Positions 52,601-62,431 of a stretch of 64,000 nt of DNA are shown here, in pieces. Under the pieces are notes generated by a model. It ran no database searches, was not told where the DNA came from, and saw only the letters and a program-made list of their open reading frames with translations. The stretch is from NCBI GenBank assembly GCA_051439505.1, contig JBFRWI010000160.1, positions 1-64,000 of the forward strand. Direction: 5' to 3'. Position numbers and translations under genes: made by a program. The DNA comes from Hormoscilla sp. (GTDB taxonomy: Bacteria > Cyanobacteriota > Cyanobacteriia > Cyanobacteriales > Desertifilaceae). Numbering within the stretch: position 1 is the first letter of the stretch; every line of letters starts with the position of its first letter.

Positions 52601-55600
52601 ATTCAAGTTCCCTGCTGTTAAGGGGTCTAATAGTAAGTTTTTCGCCAATAGACGACCTTCAAAGTCAGCATCGCCCCCGATGTTAAGCTGAGTAGGCAGG
52701 AAGTCTCGTTCCACCGGTGCCATACTTAGCAGTTCGGTGAAGGGTATAGCATCTAGGTCAGAACTGGCGTCAATGTTTAATTCCAAACCTACAGACCGCG
52801 CTGCTGTGGTTAAATTGGAGACAACGGCAGTCCCCCTTGCCTCTAGAGATTGTTCTGCTAGCTGCACTGATATCTTATCAGCTTTAATAGTCGAGGGAAT
52901 CTGAGGATTCACCAAGGGGTCGAGATTTCCGGATATATTTACCTCGGCCTTCAATGGTAGTGGACTCTTGCTTGCTTCATTGATAATTCCCAGTTTCTCT
53001 AATACTTCCCCCACTTGTACCTGAGATGCTGTGACATTTGTCTGCCATTTACTATCTGCGAGTGAGAGTGATCCATTAACTGTTCCCTCTGCCACTTTCA
53101 AGTTAACATTAGCAGTAGCATTGGGGTCCAGTTGAGTAAAGTCTTGGGATACCGCTGCTGAGGCGATCGCCTGAAAAGACTCCGATAAATTAACTTCACT
53201 TGCCAACAGGGTAACCGGTACTGCCAGGTCTTGCAGGAATGGAGTTAGTTCTATTTGAGAAGTTGTCGTTTCCACCTTCACCCGGCCTGCATTAACCGTA
53301 CTTGTGGCCCTTACCGTACCGTCATTCACCCTTAACCGCGCCTCGGCATTGCCCCTGGGGTTTATTTTGCTAAAGTCCTGGGACATCGCTGCTGCTATTA
53401 TCCCATTTAATGACTCAGATATATTTACTTCACTGCTCTCAAGGGTAACAGCTGCTAAAGATGTCTCTGGCAGTAACGTTTGCAGGAATGGAGTTAGTTC
53501 TATTTTATCTGTTGTTTCCGCTGTCACATTCACTCGGCCTGCATTCACTCTACTTGTGGCCTTTACCGTACCGTCATTCACCCTTAACCGCGCCTCGGCA
53601 TTGCCCCTGGGGTTAATTTTGCTAAATTCCTGGGACATTGCTGCTGCTATTATCCCCTTTAATGACTCAGATATATTTACTTTACTGCTCTCCAGGATAA
53701 CTGGTGCGATCGCTGTCTCCGGTAGGAATGCTTGCAGGAATGGAGTTAATTCTATTCGAGAACTTGTCGCTGCCACATCCACCCGGCCTGCATTCACTCT
53801 ACTTGTAGTATTTACCGTTCCCGAACCTACTTCCAGTCGTACCTTAGCATTCGCCGTCGGGTCTATGGAAGTATAATCCCCAGATTCCGCTGCTGATATG
53901 ATGTTATCTAGAGACTCCCTGATATTTACTTGACTTGCCAACAGGTTAACAACTGGTAAGGATGTTTCCGGTAGGAATTGGCGCAGCAAGGAATTCAGTG
54001 AGATAGTCGAGGTAGTCGCCGCCACATCTACAATACCACCCTTGACTGTGCTATTGGCGTTTACTATCCCGTCCTCTACTCCTAGCCTGACATTAGCATT
54101 AGCATTGATGCTATTATAATCTATCCCTTGAGTTGATGCCAGCAGTTCTTTGAGATTGGCAAGCAGATCCACTGAAGATCCCAGCAGGTTAGCTGCTACA
54201 GGCAAGTCCGGGATAAATTTGTCGAGTTGAATTTCCGCCGTGCTGCCCTTAACTTGCAAGAAACCATCTTTCAGATTACCATTAACTACTGCCCTCTCCC
54301 CTGCTATATTCAGACTCAGGTTCGTTCCGCCTTCTATCTTATCTATCTCTGGGGAGTTAAAATTACCCGCTAATTTAACTGTCCCATTACTCAATGTTAC
54401 CCGGGGAACGTCCGGACCGATAAATGGATCTACTGGCACTGCCTTTGCCCGCACCGATGCCTGGAAATTACCAGTTTCTAGGTTGCCTTCGCCCCCTATA
54501 GCCAAGATTCCTGCACCAATTTGGACTCTATTATTGCGCAGTTGGACTTGATTGTCAATCAGAGTCACTTCACCGCCACCAGAAATGTTACTTACCCCTA
54601 CCGCTGCTACTCCTGGGGCCTGCCATTGTAGCTTCCCTTCCGGTTGCGCGATCGTCCCCTGCACCTGAGCTTGAGCTGTGAGGTTGCTGATGCTAATATC
54701 GGGTGGGAGATTGTAAGGTCTGGCAATCTCGTCTACTGGCAGTTGGGCATCAATCTCGAAGGATAAAGGCATTGCTTCTGGTTCCAGAAACTCCCCACTG
54801 TCCGCCGACAGTTTTACCTGACCCTTACCCCTGATGCCACCTCCTGCTTGGGGGATGATTTGCAAGTCTTTGAGGACTGCTTGGGTGCGATCGCCCCCGA
54901 AGTTAGCTTCAATTTGAGCAATTTCCAGCTTATCGATGCGGGTCATTTTGTTGCTTTTGAGGATACCATTAATCTCGGGATTCTCTATCTCTCCCGTGAC
55001 GGACAAGTCAAGTTGCATTTCGCCATCGAGTTCCACGGGAGATTCTACGGCGGCCACTTCCAGCAACTCGGGCAAGCTAACGGGTGCCACTGCTACGGCG
55101 ATGTCGTATCCTCGATCTAAATCGACTTTACCAGAAACTAGGGTTTCGAGGGCGAAGCATTCTGTCAGAACAGCGATCGGGTTGTTGCTAGAATTCTGGT
55201 CAGAATTATTCGCCCCTAAACATGTTTTGATTTCTTCTACCAGAACTGTCTTACCTTGGAAGTACAACTGGGCACTAGCATTAACTGGGTGGGGTAACTC
55301 CGGGACTTGGATCTCAAGGGACTGTAGGTTAAGGTTTCCCTTAACAGAGGGCAGTTCTTGGAAGGAAGGTAGTTGCGCCTTCAGGTCCGCATTTAACTGG
55401 CCACTGGCGATCGCCACCATAGCGTTAGGGATGAAGGGATTAATTTCTATCAGGGAGAAGTTTTCCACCTTGGCGCTGAGGTCACTTTCTCCCGTTTCGA
55501 TCAGTGTTTCCCCCTCGACACTGACTTTTCCCGTAGCGATGTCAGCATCAATATCATATTCTATTTCCTCCTGAGCACTCTTGTATCTGGCCCTGCCATT

Positions 55601-56176
55601 TATTTCGCTACTGACCGGGGTAGTGGCCGTATGGGGCAAAAGGGCGATCGACCCCTTTTGGATGTTCAGGGTAGCATCTACCGGTGGAGGGTCTCCTGGT
55701 GGTAGTTTTTCCAAGAATTGCAGATCGATCCATTCCCCAAGTTCATCCTGTTCGACATAAAGTTCTGGTTTCACCAGGGTAACTCGCAAAGGTAAGGTGC
55801 CACCCAGCAATGGCAACAACTGCCAGCTCATATCTATAGCTTCTATGTCAAGCTTATCGGGGTCCGTGGCGGTCGGGGGGATAGACACCGGACCGATGCG
55901 GACTCCATTCAGGGAAAAGCTTTGCAGCTTTCCCAACTTCACTTCCCTTTCCAAGAACTTGCTAGCTTCAGTTTCCACCATCGGGTAGAGTTTTTCACCG
56001 ATGAGATATTTTGCTCCCATATATGCACCCGCCCCGATCGCCGCTACTGAGGCCAGGGCGATCGCGATCTTGGTTCGGCGTCCAAGATCTCCCCGAGATC
56101 GGGGGGGACTCTGAGGTTGGTTGTCCTGAGAAGGCTGTGGTGGAGCCGGCTGCTCCTGTTGCGGCGAGTTGCTCAT
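49688..56176 (-). CDS. TamB/AsmA-like translocation-assembly protein with internal ~83-aa repeats
   Basis: N-terminal TM anchor; beta-taco-like composition; C-terminal DUF490-like region; start uncertain (56176 or 56215). Confidence 0.82.
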   Translation of the reverse strand: MSNSPQQEQPAPPQPSQDNQPQSPPRSRGDLGRRTKIAIALASVAAIGAGAYMGAKYLIGEKLYPMVETEASKFLEREVKLGKLQSFSLNGVRIGPVSIPPTATDPDKLDIEAIDMSWQLLPLLGGTLPLRVTLVKPELYVEQDELGEWIDLQFLEKLPPGDPPPVDATLNIQKGSIALLPHTATTPVSSEINGRARYKSAQEEIEYDIDADIATGKVSVEGETLIETGESDLSAKVENFSLIEINPFIPNAMVAIASGQLNADLKAQLPSFQELPSVKGNLNLQSLEIQVPELPHPVNASAQLYFQGKTVLVEEIKTCLGANNSDQNSSNNPIAVLTECFALETLVSGKVDLDRGYDIAVAVAPVSLPELLEVAAVESPVELDGEMQLDLSVTGEIENPEINGILKSNKMTRIDKLEIAQIEANFGGDRTQAVLKDLQIIPQAGGGIRGKGQVKLSADSGEFLEPEAMPLSFEIDAQLPVDEIARPYNLPPDISISNLTAQAQVQGTIAQPEGKLQWQAPGVAAVGVSNISGGGEVTLIDNQVQLRNNRVQIGAGILAIGGEGNLETGNFQASVRAKAVPVDPFIGPDVPRVTLSNGTVKLAGNFNSPEIDKIEGGTNLSLNIAGERAVVNGNLKDGFLQVKGSTAEIQLDKFIPDLPVAANLLGSSVDLLANLKELLASTQGIDYNSINANANVRLGVEDGIVNANSTVKGGIVDVAATTSTISLNSLLRQFLPETSLPVVNLLASQVNIRESLDNIISAAESGDYTSIDPTANAKVRLEVGSGTVNTTSRVNAGRVDVAATSSRIELTPFLQAFLPETAIAPVILESSKVNISESLKGIIAAAMSQEFSKINPRGNAEARLRVNDGTVKATSRVNAGRVNVTAETTDKIELTPFLQTLLPETSLAAVTLESSEVNISESLNGIIAAAMSQDFSKINPRGNAEARLRVNDGTVRATSTVNAGRVKVETTTSQIELTPFLQDLAVPVTLLASEVNLSESFQAIASAAVSQDFTQLDPNATANVNLKVAEGTVNGSLSLADSKWQTNVTASQVQVGEVLEKLGIINEASKSPLPLKAEVNISGNLDPLVNPQIPSTIKADKISVQLAEQSLEARGTAVVSNLTTAARSVGLELNIDASSDLDAIPFTELLSMAPVERDFLPTQLNIGGDADFEGRLLAKNLLLDPLTAGNLNLTGDLQLRDFAFNEMKFDPLLTGPVNVDPAREIGMNLRGKKDVISAQLTPCIGSACMAPYLPASLSVRQGDGENTFLVRGRRTGDIFKAKIENFALDLLKISPGDRFGIPGAIEGMVNGEVEIDLATLATEGNIKINQLGLGNRVVDRLATDFYYNNNIAELKSGILQLQEIQLQESQDQQYQFNGELNLNTGEVKGKVDIKQASVQDILEAVKLPSLQQLQEIFAEYQPPTANASAADVQTLPVGNPEAPVFSQLRQLDQSNAIAIARPESAAEMPIYLNISGDYSGDITLAGTLTNPEIDVNLQGQDWQWRPYQPLASSEPSQQNKEAVKAVPAEPPLDNRVITVDQWIAQGSLKESGQKLGGFLKIEKLSLDTVGNFAEIPIDIKGNLNATATLSGSMAKPQVGGTLSFADVSIDDRPLDEIQGKFAYDDNRLNFNTTQPSYLQVQASVPFPIVPGNNRAEVEVQLDTEAIALIGLFSQGQVEWVDGEGKVELQASGNLDLEAQNIKNLQAVGNVTLKDATIKSKAVSEEPLIFNGAIALTEKHLQVENIEGNFAESKIEIAGVLPIFESNPDSDKPLEITIDKGKLNLNGLYKGQIDTDVTISGSALSPVIAGKVALSNGRVTVPLGANGTQPAANSTLTSATMPSAPADLAIAPEFQDFQVILGEDFYVKRNPQLDFKIDGDVTVNGTFRGSPEDLQPKGNIYLRRGIIDVLNNKLLLSRDYDSKISFIPTEGLLNPNLDILTETTVIESANNERSYQRSERSQYQDNEIPDNSVGLTRPDEINIKIAVRGNLEELLPADYGQLNPCQDPLPNFNLPTQGSVSTMTAAELKRLAGCLKESQNEQERQLLLDREIVKITSVPTRSEAEILALLSNQSADLVQQLAQSNEKELLLFAVSRYAIEPFVRNIVFGVEDTISNAGQKLGFANLRIFPIFEGFYHLNNDSLVRIIYDYEFNEINVQYENRF

Positions 56177-56653
56177 GGAATTGTCCCGATCTCCGTTGCT
56201 AGAGGCTGAAGGCATTCTATCACATCGAGGGCGATCGGGTGGCCAGGATCGTGATATTTTACCCAAGTTCCCCAGGCCGGGCGATCGCTCTTTATCATCA
56301 AAACTGTTTTTTACTCCTCTTATCTATCAGGACAGTTAATTCAGGAATTCCATAAACCTGCTTACAGTTCCGATGAAAAGCTTCTATTCCTGATATCTGG
56401 CAATATACATTCGAGAATGCTGCCTAAAAATTGCCGTTTTCACTTAGTGGAACGCAAAACTCACTTGGGTGATCCGACATTATATTAGCAGTTGTAGCAG
56501 AGGTGAGGCGATCGCCCTCTAATAGCAGTCGGGGCGAGATCCCCTCGGCAGCAGATCGAGTTTGTCAATCGGGATTTTTGCTCTTAAGCAGAATTACCTA
56601 TGGAAGCGATCCCCTCATCGGTGAAACGCCCTTCGCGTTGACCACGAAGGACA

Positions 56654-56783
56654 GCGATCGCCGGCGCAACTGGCTGAGAGCGTAACTGGTGTCATTGATG
56701 CTTACCATCGACTTCCCCGCGATCGCCGGTGCAACTGGCTGAGAGCATCACTGCTTTCATTGATGCTTACCATCGACTTCCCC
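56654..56783. repeat. 65-bp tandem duplication, each unit starting with HIP1
   Basis: 56654-56718 is near-identical to 56719-56783. Confidence 0.9.
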
Positions 56784-57108
56784 TGGATAATGAGAAAAGC
56801 CGCTCTTTAATATTAAGTATTTTTAATCTCCTCTATATACTCTGCTGTACTACAGCCATCCCCAGCCAAACAGCCTCAAAAGTAGTCCCTGTCAGGGTTT
56901 TATCCCCCCGACATCCAGTAGCTGGAGTGGACTGACTGCGGATTTTACTGAAGCCTTAACATATTTTTCTCTGACTGGGCGAATGATAACCATAAGAGAT
57001 TGTGAAGAAAATTCAGGGCGTTAATGTTTCTAAACAAAACTTCACAAGACTATCATGGAAAAATCGTACCCCAGAGGTTGAAGTTCTCATCTGTTGGACC
57101 TTACCGTT

Positions 57109-58839
57109 ATGAAAGTGTTTAATCGGATACATTTCAGGAATCTGCGCGGCGACATCTTCGGAGGTGTCACCGCCGCAGTTATCGCTCTACCAATGGCTCT
57201 AGCCTTCGGCGTCGCCTCGGGCGCTGGTCCAGCAGCCGGTCTTTACGGAGCCGTATTAGTGGGATTTTTTGCCGCCCTGTTCGGCGGCACCCCGACCTTG
57301 ATTTCCGAACCAACCGGCCCCATGACCGTGGTAATGACAGCAGTGATCGCCTCTGTGACTGCTGCTAACGAAGAAAATGGTTTCGCAATGGCCTTTACCG
57401 TGGTGATGCTGGCCGGGATCTTTCAGATCGTCTTCGGTTTATTGAAGTTGGGTAAGTACATTACCCTGATGCCCTACACCGTGATTTCGGGTTTCATGTC
57501 CGGAATTGGACTGATCATGATCTTTCTGCAGATCGGTCCTTTCCTGGGACAGGCCAACCCCAAGGGCGGCGTCATCGGGGTAATTAGCAACTTGCCCACC
57601 TTATTGCAAAATATGAATCCGGTCGAGACCGGTTTGGCAGGCTTGACAGTGGCCATTCTGTTCTTAACGCCGAAGCAAATGAAGCGGGTGATGCCGCCGC
57701 AACTGGTGGCATTAATCGTGGGGAGCATTGTTTCCCTGACGTTATTCGGGGATGTTGATATTCGACGGATTGGCGAGATCCCGACTGGTTTGCCCAGCTT
57801 GCAGATGCCTTTCTTTACGGTAGAGCAACTACAGACAATGTTAGTCGATGCTGTAGTGCTAGCAATGCTCGGTTGCATTGACGCTTTGCTAACCTCGGTG
57901 ATCGCTGACAGCTTGACTCGTACCCAACATGACTCGGATAAAGAATTGATCGGTCAAGGTCTGGGGAACCTTGCTTCTGGGCTATTCGGAGGACTTCCTG
58001 GCGCAGGTGCGACCATGGGAACCGTGGTCAATATCCAAGGGGGTGCCAAAACTGCCCTATCTGGCTTAACTCGCGCTGGCATCTTGCTGATTGTTGTCTT
58101 GTGGGCAGGGGGTTTGACCCAGAATATTCCCCTGGCAGTCCTCGCTGGTATCGCCCTCAAGGTCGGGATTGATATTATCGATTGGAGTTTCCTCAAGCGC
58201 GCTCATCAAGTCTCCATCAAGGCAGCCTTGATTATGTACGGGGTGATCGGACTGACCGTATTTGTTGACTTGATTGCGGCTGTGGGGCTGGGAGTTTTCG
58301 TTGCTAATCTGTTGACGATTAAGCGCCTGACGGATATGCAATCTCAGGATGTCAAGACAGTTACCGATGCTGATGATGAAATCCTCTTGAATCCCGAAGA
58401 GAAACAACTACTCAATCAAGCTGACGGTCGCGTGCTTTTATTCCACCTCAGCGGTCCGATGATCTTTGGGGTTTCTAAAGCTATCTCCCGCCAGCAAACA
58501 GCAATGAAAGACCACGACGTGCTGATTTTGGATCTGTCTGATGTGCCCTTGCTAGGGGTTACTTCTTCTCTGGCGATCGAGAATGCGATCAAAGAAGCTT
58601 GCGACAACGGTCGTCACGTCTTCATTGTCGGTGCCGCAGGCGATATCAAACGGCGGTTAGAAAAATTTGGTATTTTACAAATGTTACCCCCGCATCACCT
58701 GGTGATGGAGCGCAAGGACGCCCTCAAGCAAGCAGTTGCTTTGGTTAATGGCTATGATGCCAATGATACTCTCAATGGGTATTCGGGGATCAATGGTACT
58801 GCCTCCAGTCAGGATATAGTCAATGCCAATAACCTTTAA
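57109..58839 (+). CDS. bicA: SulP family Na+-dependent bicarbonate transporter BicA
   Basis: FNRIHFRNLRGDIFGG, ISEPTGPMT and GAGATMGT motifs; STAS domain. Confidence 0.9.
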   Translation: MKVFNRIHFRNLRGDIFGGVTAAVIALPMALAFGVASGAGPAAGLYGAVLVGFFAALFGGTPTLISEPTGPMTVVMTAVIASVTAANEENGFAMAFTVVMLAGIFQIVFGLLKLGKYITLMPYTVISGFMSGIGLIMIFLQIGPFLGQANPKGGVIGVISNLPTLLQNMNPVETGLAGLTVAILFLTPKQMKRVMPPQLVALIVGSIVSLTLFGDVDIRRIGEIPTGLPSLQMPFFTVEQLQTMLVDAVVLAMLGCIDALLTSVIADSLTRTQHDSDKELIGQGLGNLASGLFGGLPGAGATMGTVVNIQGGAKTALSGLTRAGILLIVVLWAGGLTQNIPLAVLAGIALKVGIDIIDWSFLKRAHQVSIKAALIMYGVIGLTVFVDLIAAVGLGVFVANLLTIKRLTDMQSQDVKTVTDADDEILLNPEEKQLLNQADGRVLLFHLSGPMIFGVSKAISRQQTAMKDHDVLILDLSDVPLLGVTSSLAIENAIKEACDNGRHVFIVGAAGDIKRRLEKFGILQMLPPHHLVMERKDALKQAVALVNGYDANDTLNGYSGINGTASSQDIVNANNL

Positions 58840-59185
58840 TCTCCACGTTGCAGGCAACAGTGCTAGTAATTTAAGTATTTGCACCAGATAAAATGCTTTG
58901 TTATTGTCAAGTTGGTGGGAAAATATAATTGAGAACCCGCCAACCTGCCCCGGCAGCAAAACCGTAAAATTCTCGTTATTGAAGTGCGAACGGAAAAAAC
59001 GGAAAAAACGGAAAAAACAGATTTTAATTTTATTTCTGCGAAATATCTGGGTTCAGACTAGCAAAGACCTATCGCTTTAGGGCAATAAAAAACCGAAATC
59101 ATTGGATATCAGAGAGAAAAAAAGATTTGAAAAAGCCATAATTTGTGTTACAGTCAAAGAGAGTGTAAAATACCAGTAAAATAGG

Positions 59186-60586
59186 ATGAGTTTTTCAGCA
59201 CCGATAATCAATATGGGGATATCTTCCCTACCATTGCCTCAGCTGCTGGCAACAGCAACAGAGTCGGAACTTGGGCCGACGGTACTAGCCGGAGTCCTGC
59301 TAACTTTAGCGATCGTTTATATTGCCAGTAAAGTAGGCGGAGAGTTATCTAAATTGCTGGATTTGCCGCCGGTTTTAGGAGAATTAGTTGCCGGGGTGCT
59401 ACTAGGTGCTTCAGTTTTGCATCTGCTGGTGTTTCCCGAAGGGGGCGCAACAGCTTCCGACTCCCAAATAATGACAATTCTGCAATCCCTGGGCGGTCTG
59501 GATCTCGAAGCAGTCAGCTCTGTCTTCCAAAGTCAGAGTGAGGTAATCTCAGTTTTATCTGAACTGGGGGTGATCGTTCTCTTATTTGAAATTGGTCTGG
59601 AATCAGACTTAAGAGAATTAAAGGAAGTCGGCTACCAAGCAGCAGTTGTAGCTGTAGTCGGAGTAGCAGCACCTTTTGGTGCGGGCACGGCGGGGCTGAT
59701 GCTATTGTTTGGTATACCTGCAATTCCGGCAATTTTTGCTGGGGCGGCCCTGACTGCTACCAGTATCGGGATTACTTCTAAAGTTCTCTCAGAACTGGGA
59801 CAGCTAAAATCTAAAGAAGGTCAGATTATTGTCGGGGCGGCGGTGATTGATGATGTCCTGGGTATCATCGTTTTGGCAGTGGTGGCCAGCTTGGCCAAAA
59901 CTGGCGAAGTAGATGTAACCAACGTGATCTATTTGATTATCAGCGCCTGCGTCTTCCTGCTGGGTTCGATTTTCCTGGGCAATTTTTTCAACAAGAGTTT
60001 TGTGGCGATCGCGGATCGACTGCAAACCAGAGGACAATTAGTAATTCCCGCCTTAACCTTTGCCTTAATTATGGCATTCATTGCCAATGCTATCCATCTA
60101 GAAGCCATCTTGGGTGCCTTTGCAGCAGGTTTAGTGCTAGACGAGACAGACAAGCGCAAAGAATTGGATAAGCAGATAATTCCGATCGCCGATATCTTAG
60201 TACCGATTTTCTTCGTGACAGTAGGGGCAAAAGCAAATTTAGGGGTACTGAACCCGGCCATTCCCGAAAATCGCGAAGGTTTAATTGTGGCCACCTTCTT
60301 AATGGTCGTGGCGATCGTCGGGAAAGTGATTACAGGTTGGACAGTATTTGGCAAGGGACAAGTCAACCGCTTGGCGATCGGGATCGGCATGATACCCCGG
60401 GGGGAAGTGGGACTGGTATTTGCTGGCATTGGTTCGGCCAGTGGCGTACTCAGCGAATCTCTGGAAGCTGCTATTATCATTATGGTGATTCTCACCACCT
60501 TCTTAGCACCTCCGTTTTTACGGCTGACCTTTAAGGAACCCGCTGCTGTTGGAAAACCCACCGAAGAAACCCAGAAGGTGAATTGA
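59186..60586 (+). CDS. nhaS3: CPA2 Na+/H+ antiporter (NhaS3-like)
   Basis: LPPVLGEL, LFEIGLE, ATSIGIT, AVIDDVLG and MIPRGEVGL motifs; downstream of bicA. Confidence 0.85.
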   Translation: MSFSAPIINMGISSLPLPQLLATATESELGPTVLAGVLLTLAIVYIASKVGGELSKLLDLPPVLGELVAGVLLGASVLHLLVFPEGGATASDSQIMTILQSLGGLDLEAVSSVFQSQSEVISVLSELGVIVLLFEIGLESDLRELKEVGYQAAVVAVVGVAAPFGAGTAGLMLLFGIPAIPAIFAGAALTATSIGITSKVLSELGQLKSKEGQIIVGAAVIDDVLGIIVLAVVASLAKTGEVDVTNVIYLIISACVFLLGSIFLGNFFNKSFVAIADRLQTRGQLVIPALTFALIMAFIANAIHLEAILGAFAAGLVLDETDKRKELDKQIIPIADILVPIFFVTVGAKANLGVLNPAIPENREGLIVATFLMVVAIVGKVITGWTVFGKGQVNRLAIGIGMIPRGEVGLVFAGIGSASGVLSESLEAAIIIMVILTTFLAPPFLRLTFKEPAAVGKPTEETQKVN

Positions 60587-60899
60587 AATCACGCGATCGC
60601 TATTTTGTCGCCTAGAAACCCGGTTTCTCAAAGAAAAGAAACCGGGTTTCTGCATTCGATGGGAATATGTCCGCAGCAAAAGTTAGGGGGATCCCCTGCA
60701 CCGGGTACGCTGCATATTGGCGTCGCCGCCCGAACCCTAAAGGGTCCGGCTACATATACAAAGCCCGCCTACGCGGGCTAGATTGTCAAACACCAGATGC
60801 ACCCCCTGCACCTCTCTTGTAGTGGTCAATCCGGTAGTGATTTAACTACGGTCTTCCCTGGGTTTGGTGGCACGAAGATCGCGTGCTCGTGACCCACTA

Positions 60900-61301
60900 T
60901 TACCATCCGGGTATGGGGTCAAAAGTATTGGCCACTTTGAAATCTTTGGCACCCACTTCCTCGAACGAGAATTGAATGCGATACGGACGGGGAGCAGCCT
61001 TACAAGGGTCGGGTACAAGACGAATGAAGGTGGCAGTGGTCGGCTGGGATTTGTCCGATACGACTATGAAGTCCTCTTTCTTCGTGCAGCCCGTGCTCGT
61101 CACTATGATCGTGACTGTGCTTTCACTCACGTATAGTCCATGCAATGTTTCTATCTCGGCTGCTAAAGCCGTGGGAGCTGTGACACCTAACACTGCGGCT
61201 GCAGCAAAGAGCAGGGTCGCACCTACGAGTGCCAGTTTTGACAGTGCTTTCTTCAAGGGAAGAGCAGCTTGCTTGAGGCTGTTAACTGTTGTACTTAGCA
61301 T
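60900..61301 (-). CDS. Hypothetical exported protein (two Cys)
   Basis: Signal-like segment ending ALA-A; STGCTKK.DF and PDPCKA motifs. Confidence 0.7.
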   Translation of the reverse strand: MLSTTVNSLKQAALPLKKALSKLALVGATLLFAAAAVLGVTAPTALAAEIETLHGLYVSESTVTIIVTSTGCTKKEDFIVVSDKSQPTTATFIRLVPDPCKAAPRPYRIQFSFEEVGAKDFKVANTFDPIPGW

Positions 61302-61621
61302 GATGTTTGAATTAATGAGTAGAGCGCAATCTTGGCCTTAACTTCAGGCGACAGGCATCCCCGAAGGGCCGGGCCAATGGGGGACTTCTTCGTCAGAAGA
61401 GCGAACCTTCGGGGGTCTCCTTCTCGCTTGGGGGTTCGGGGAACTTCAGAAGTCCTGCCCCAATAATAAGACGATTCGGCAGCCTCATATCTGATAAATT
61501 GGGAAAATTATTTTGAAAGCTCCGCAGCGAGAGGCTTTCACCATTAGCTCCGACACTTCAACTGGAGCGTCTGACAGCTTAAAAATGACAACTGACAGCT
61601 GACAGCCATCATCCGGTGAGT

Positions 61622-62039
61622 TGGTGCGACGCCCAATACTTCTCGGTTAAGAATAGGTTGTCATTGCGAGGGGGGGGTAAGTACATAGGCAAAATTATTT
61701 TGCTATTTTCGCCCTTGGGTCAATTTCGGAGCATTTAAATCCCTGAAAGCCTTATGGGATAAGGCTGGAGAGCCATAATTTACATGTGCGATCGCCCCCT
61801 GGCAGAAATCTCAAAATAATTTTGCACAACTACTTACGTAGCGATTAACTTCTGTACCAATTGAGTTAACCCCCCCGAAGCAATCCCCCGCCCAGTATTA
61901 TATGAATAACACGAGGAGCGTCATCGGTGAGATTGCTAGTGCTCCTGCGTCGCACCGCTGCGCTAACGGGGGGTCTGCGGGCGGCGAGCCCCCCTCGCAA
62001 TGACAGGTTGTATCCCTTGAAGTATTGGGTGCAACGCCA
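61622..62039. mobile_element. Three-level nested non-autonomous elements
   Basis: Outer imperfect IR (CCCAATACTTC/GAAGTATTGGG); middle GTCATTGCGA..TCGCAATGAC (61660-62004) with AGGTT duplication; inner TAAGTA..TACTTA MITE (61678-61836). Confidence 0.8.
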
Positions 62040-62040
62040 T

Positions 62041-62370
62041 CTAATCATCACGGACATGGTGGTGCGATCGGGCGTCATTTACTCTAGCATCGAAGCTTGC
62101 CATGGCTTCGGCCAATCGATGGAGATTTGCCTGAGAGCGATGATAGTTTACCAGGAATGTCTCCATGGCACTAATGCAAGCCTCCCTCGTGTTAGCAATT
62201 AAGGCTTCGTAATGCTCCGGTGTCAGCATATAGGCCACGGTTTCGCCATTACGGATAATCAGCAGATCTGACTCCTTGACCATCTCGGTTATCTTGGCAG
62301 TGTTTTTAAGATCGGTTATTTTAACATGCTGCATGGGGAAGTTGGGGTCTTTAACAACGTTGCTGGCCAT
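62041..62370 (-). CDS. Phd/YefM-like antitoxin, orphan
   Basis: VKITDLKN..LLIIRNGETVAYML..EHYEAL. Confidence 0.65.
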   Translation of the reverse strand: MASNVVKDPNFPMQHVKITDLKNTAKITEMVKESDLLIIRNGETVAYMLTPEHYEALIANTREACISAMETFLVNYHRSQANLHRLAEAMASFDARVNDARSHHHVRDD

Positions 62371-62431
62371 AGAAATCGTATAATTTGGATATTTCACTTG
62401 TAATGACGCTTAGTTTGGCGATTAATTTCCC

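Noticed and set aside
58989..59020. ACGGAAAAA tandem, and heptamer runs at ~48305, ~49597, ~61572 and ~63206
   Set aside because: Ordinary cyanobacterial short tandem repeats (STRR-like); no evidence of function
61380..61460. Hammerhead ribozyme (CTGACGA on the minus strand)
   Set aside because: No correctly placed GAAA and stem II
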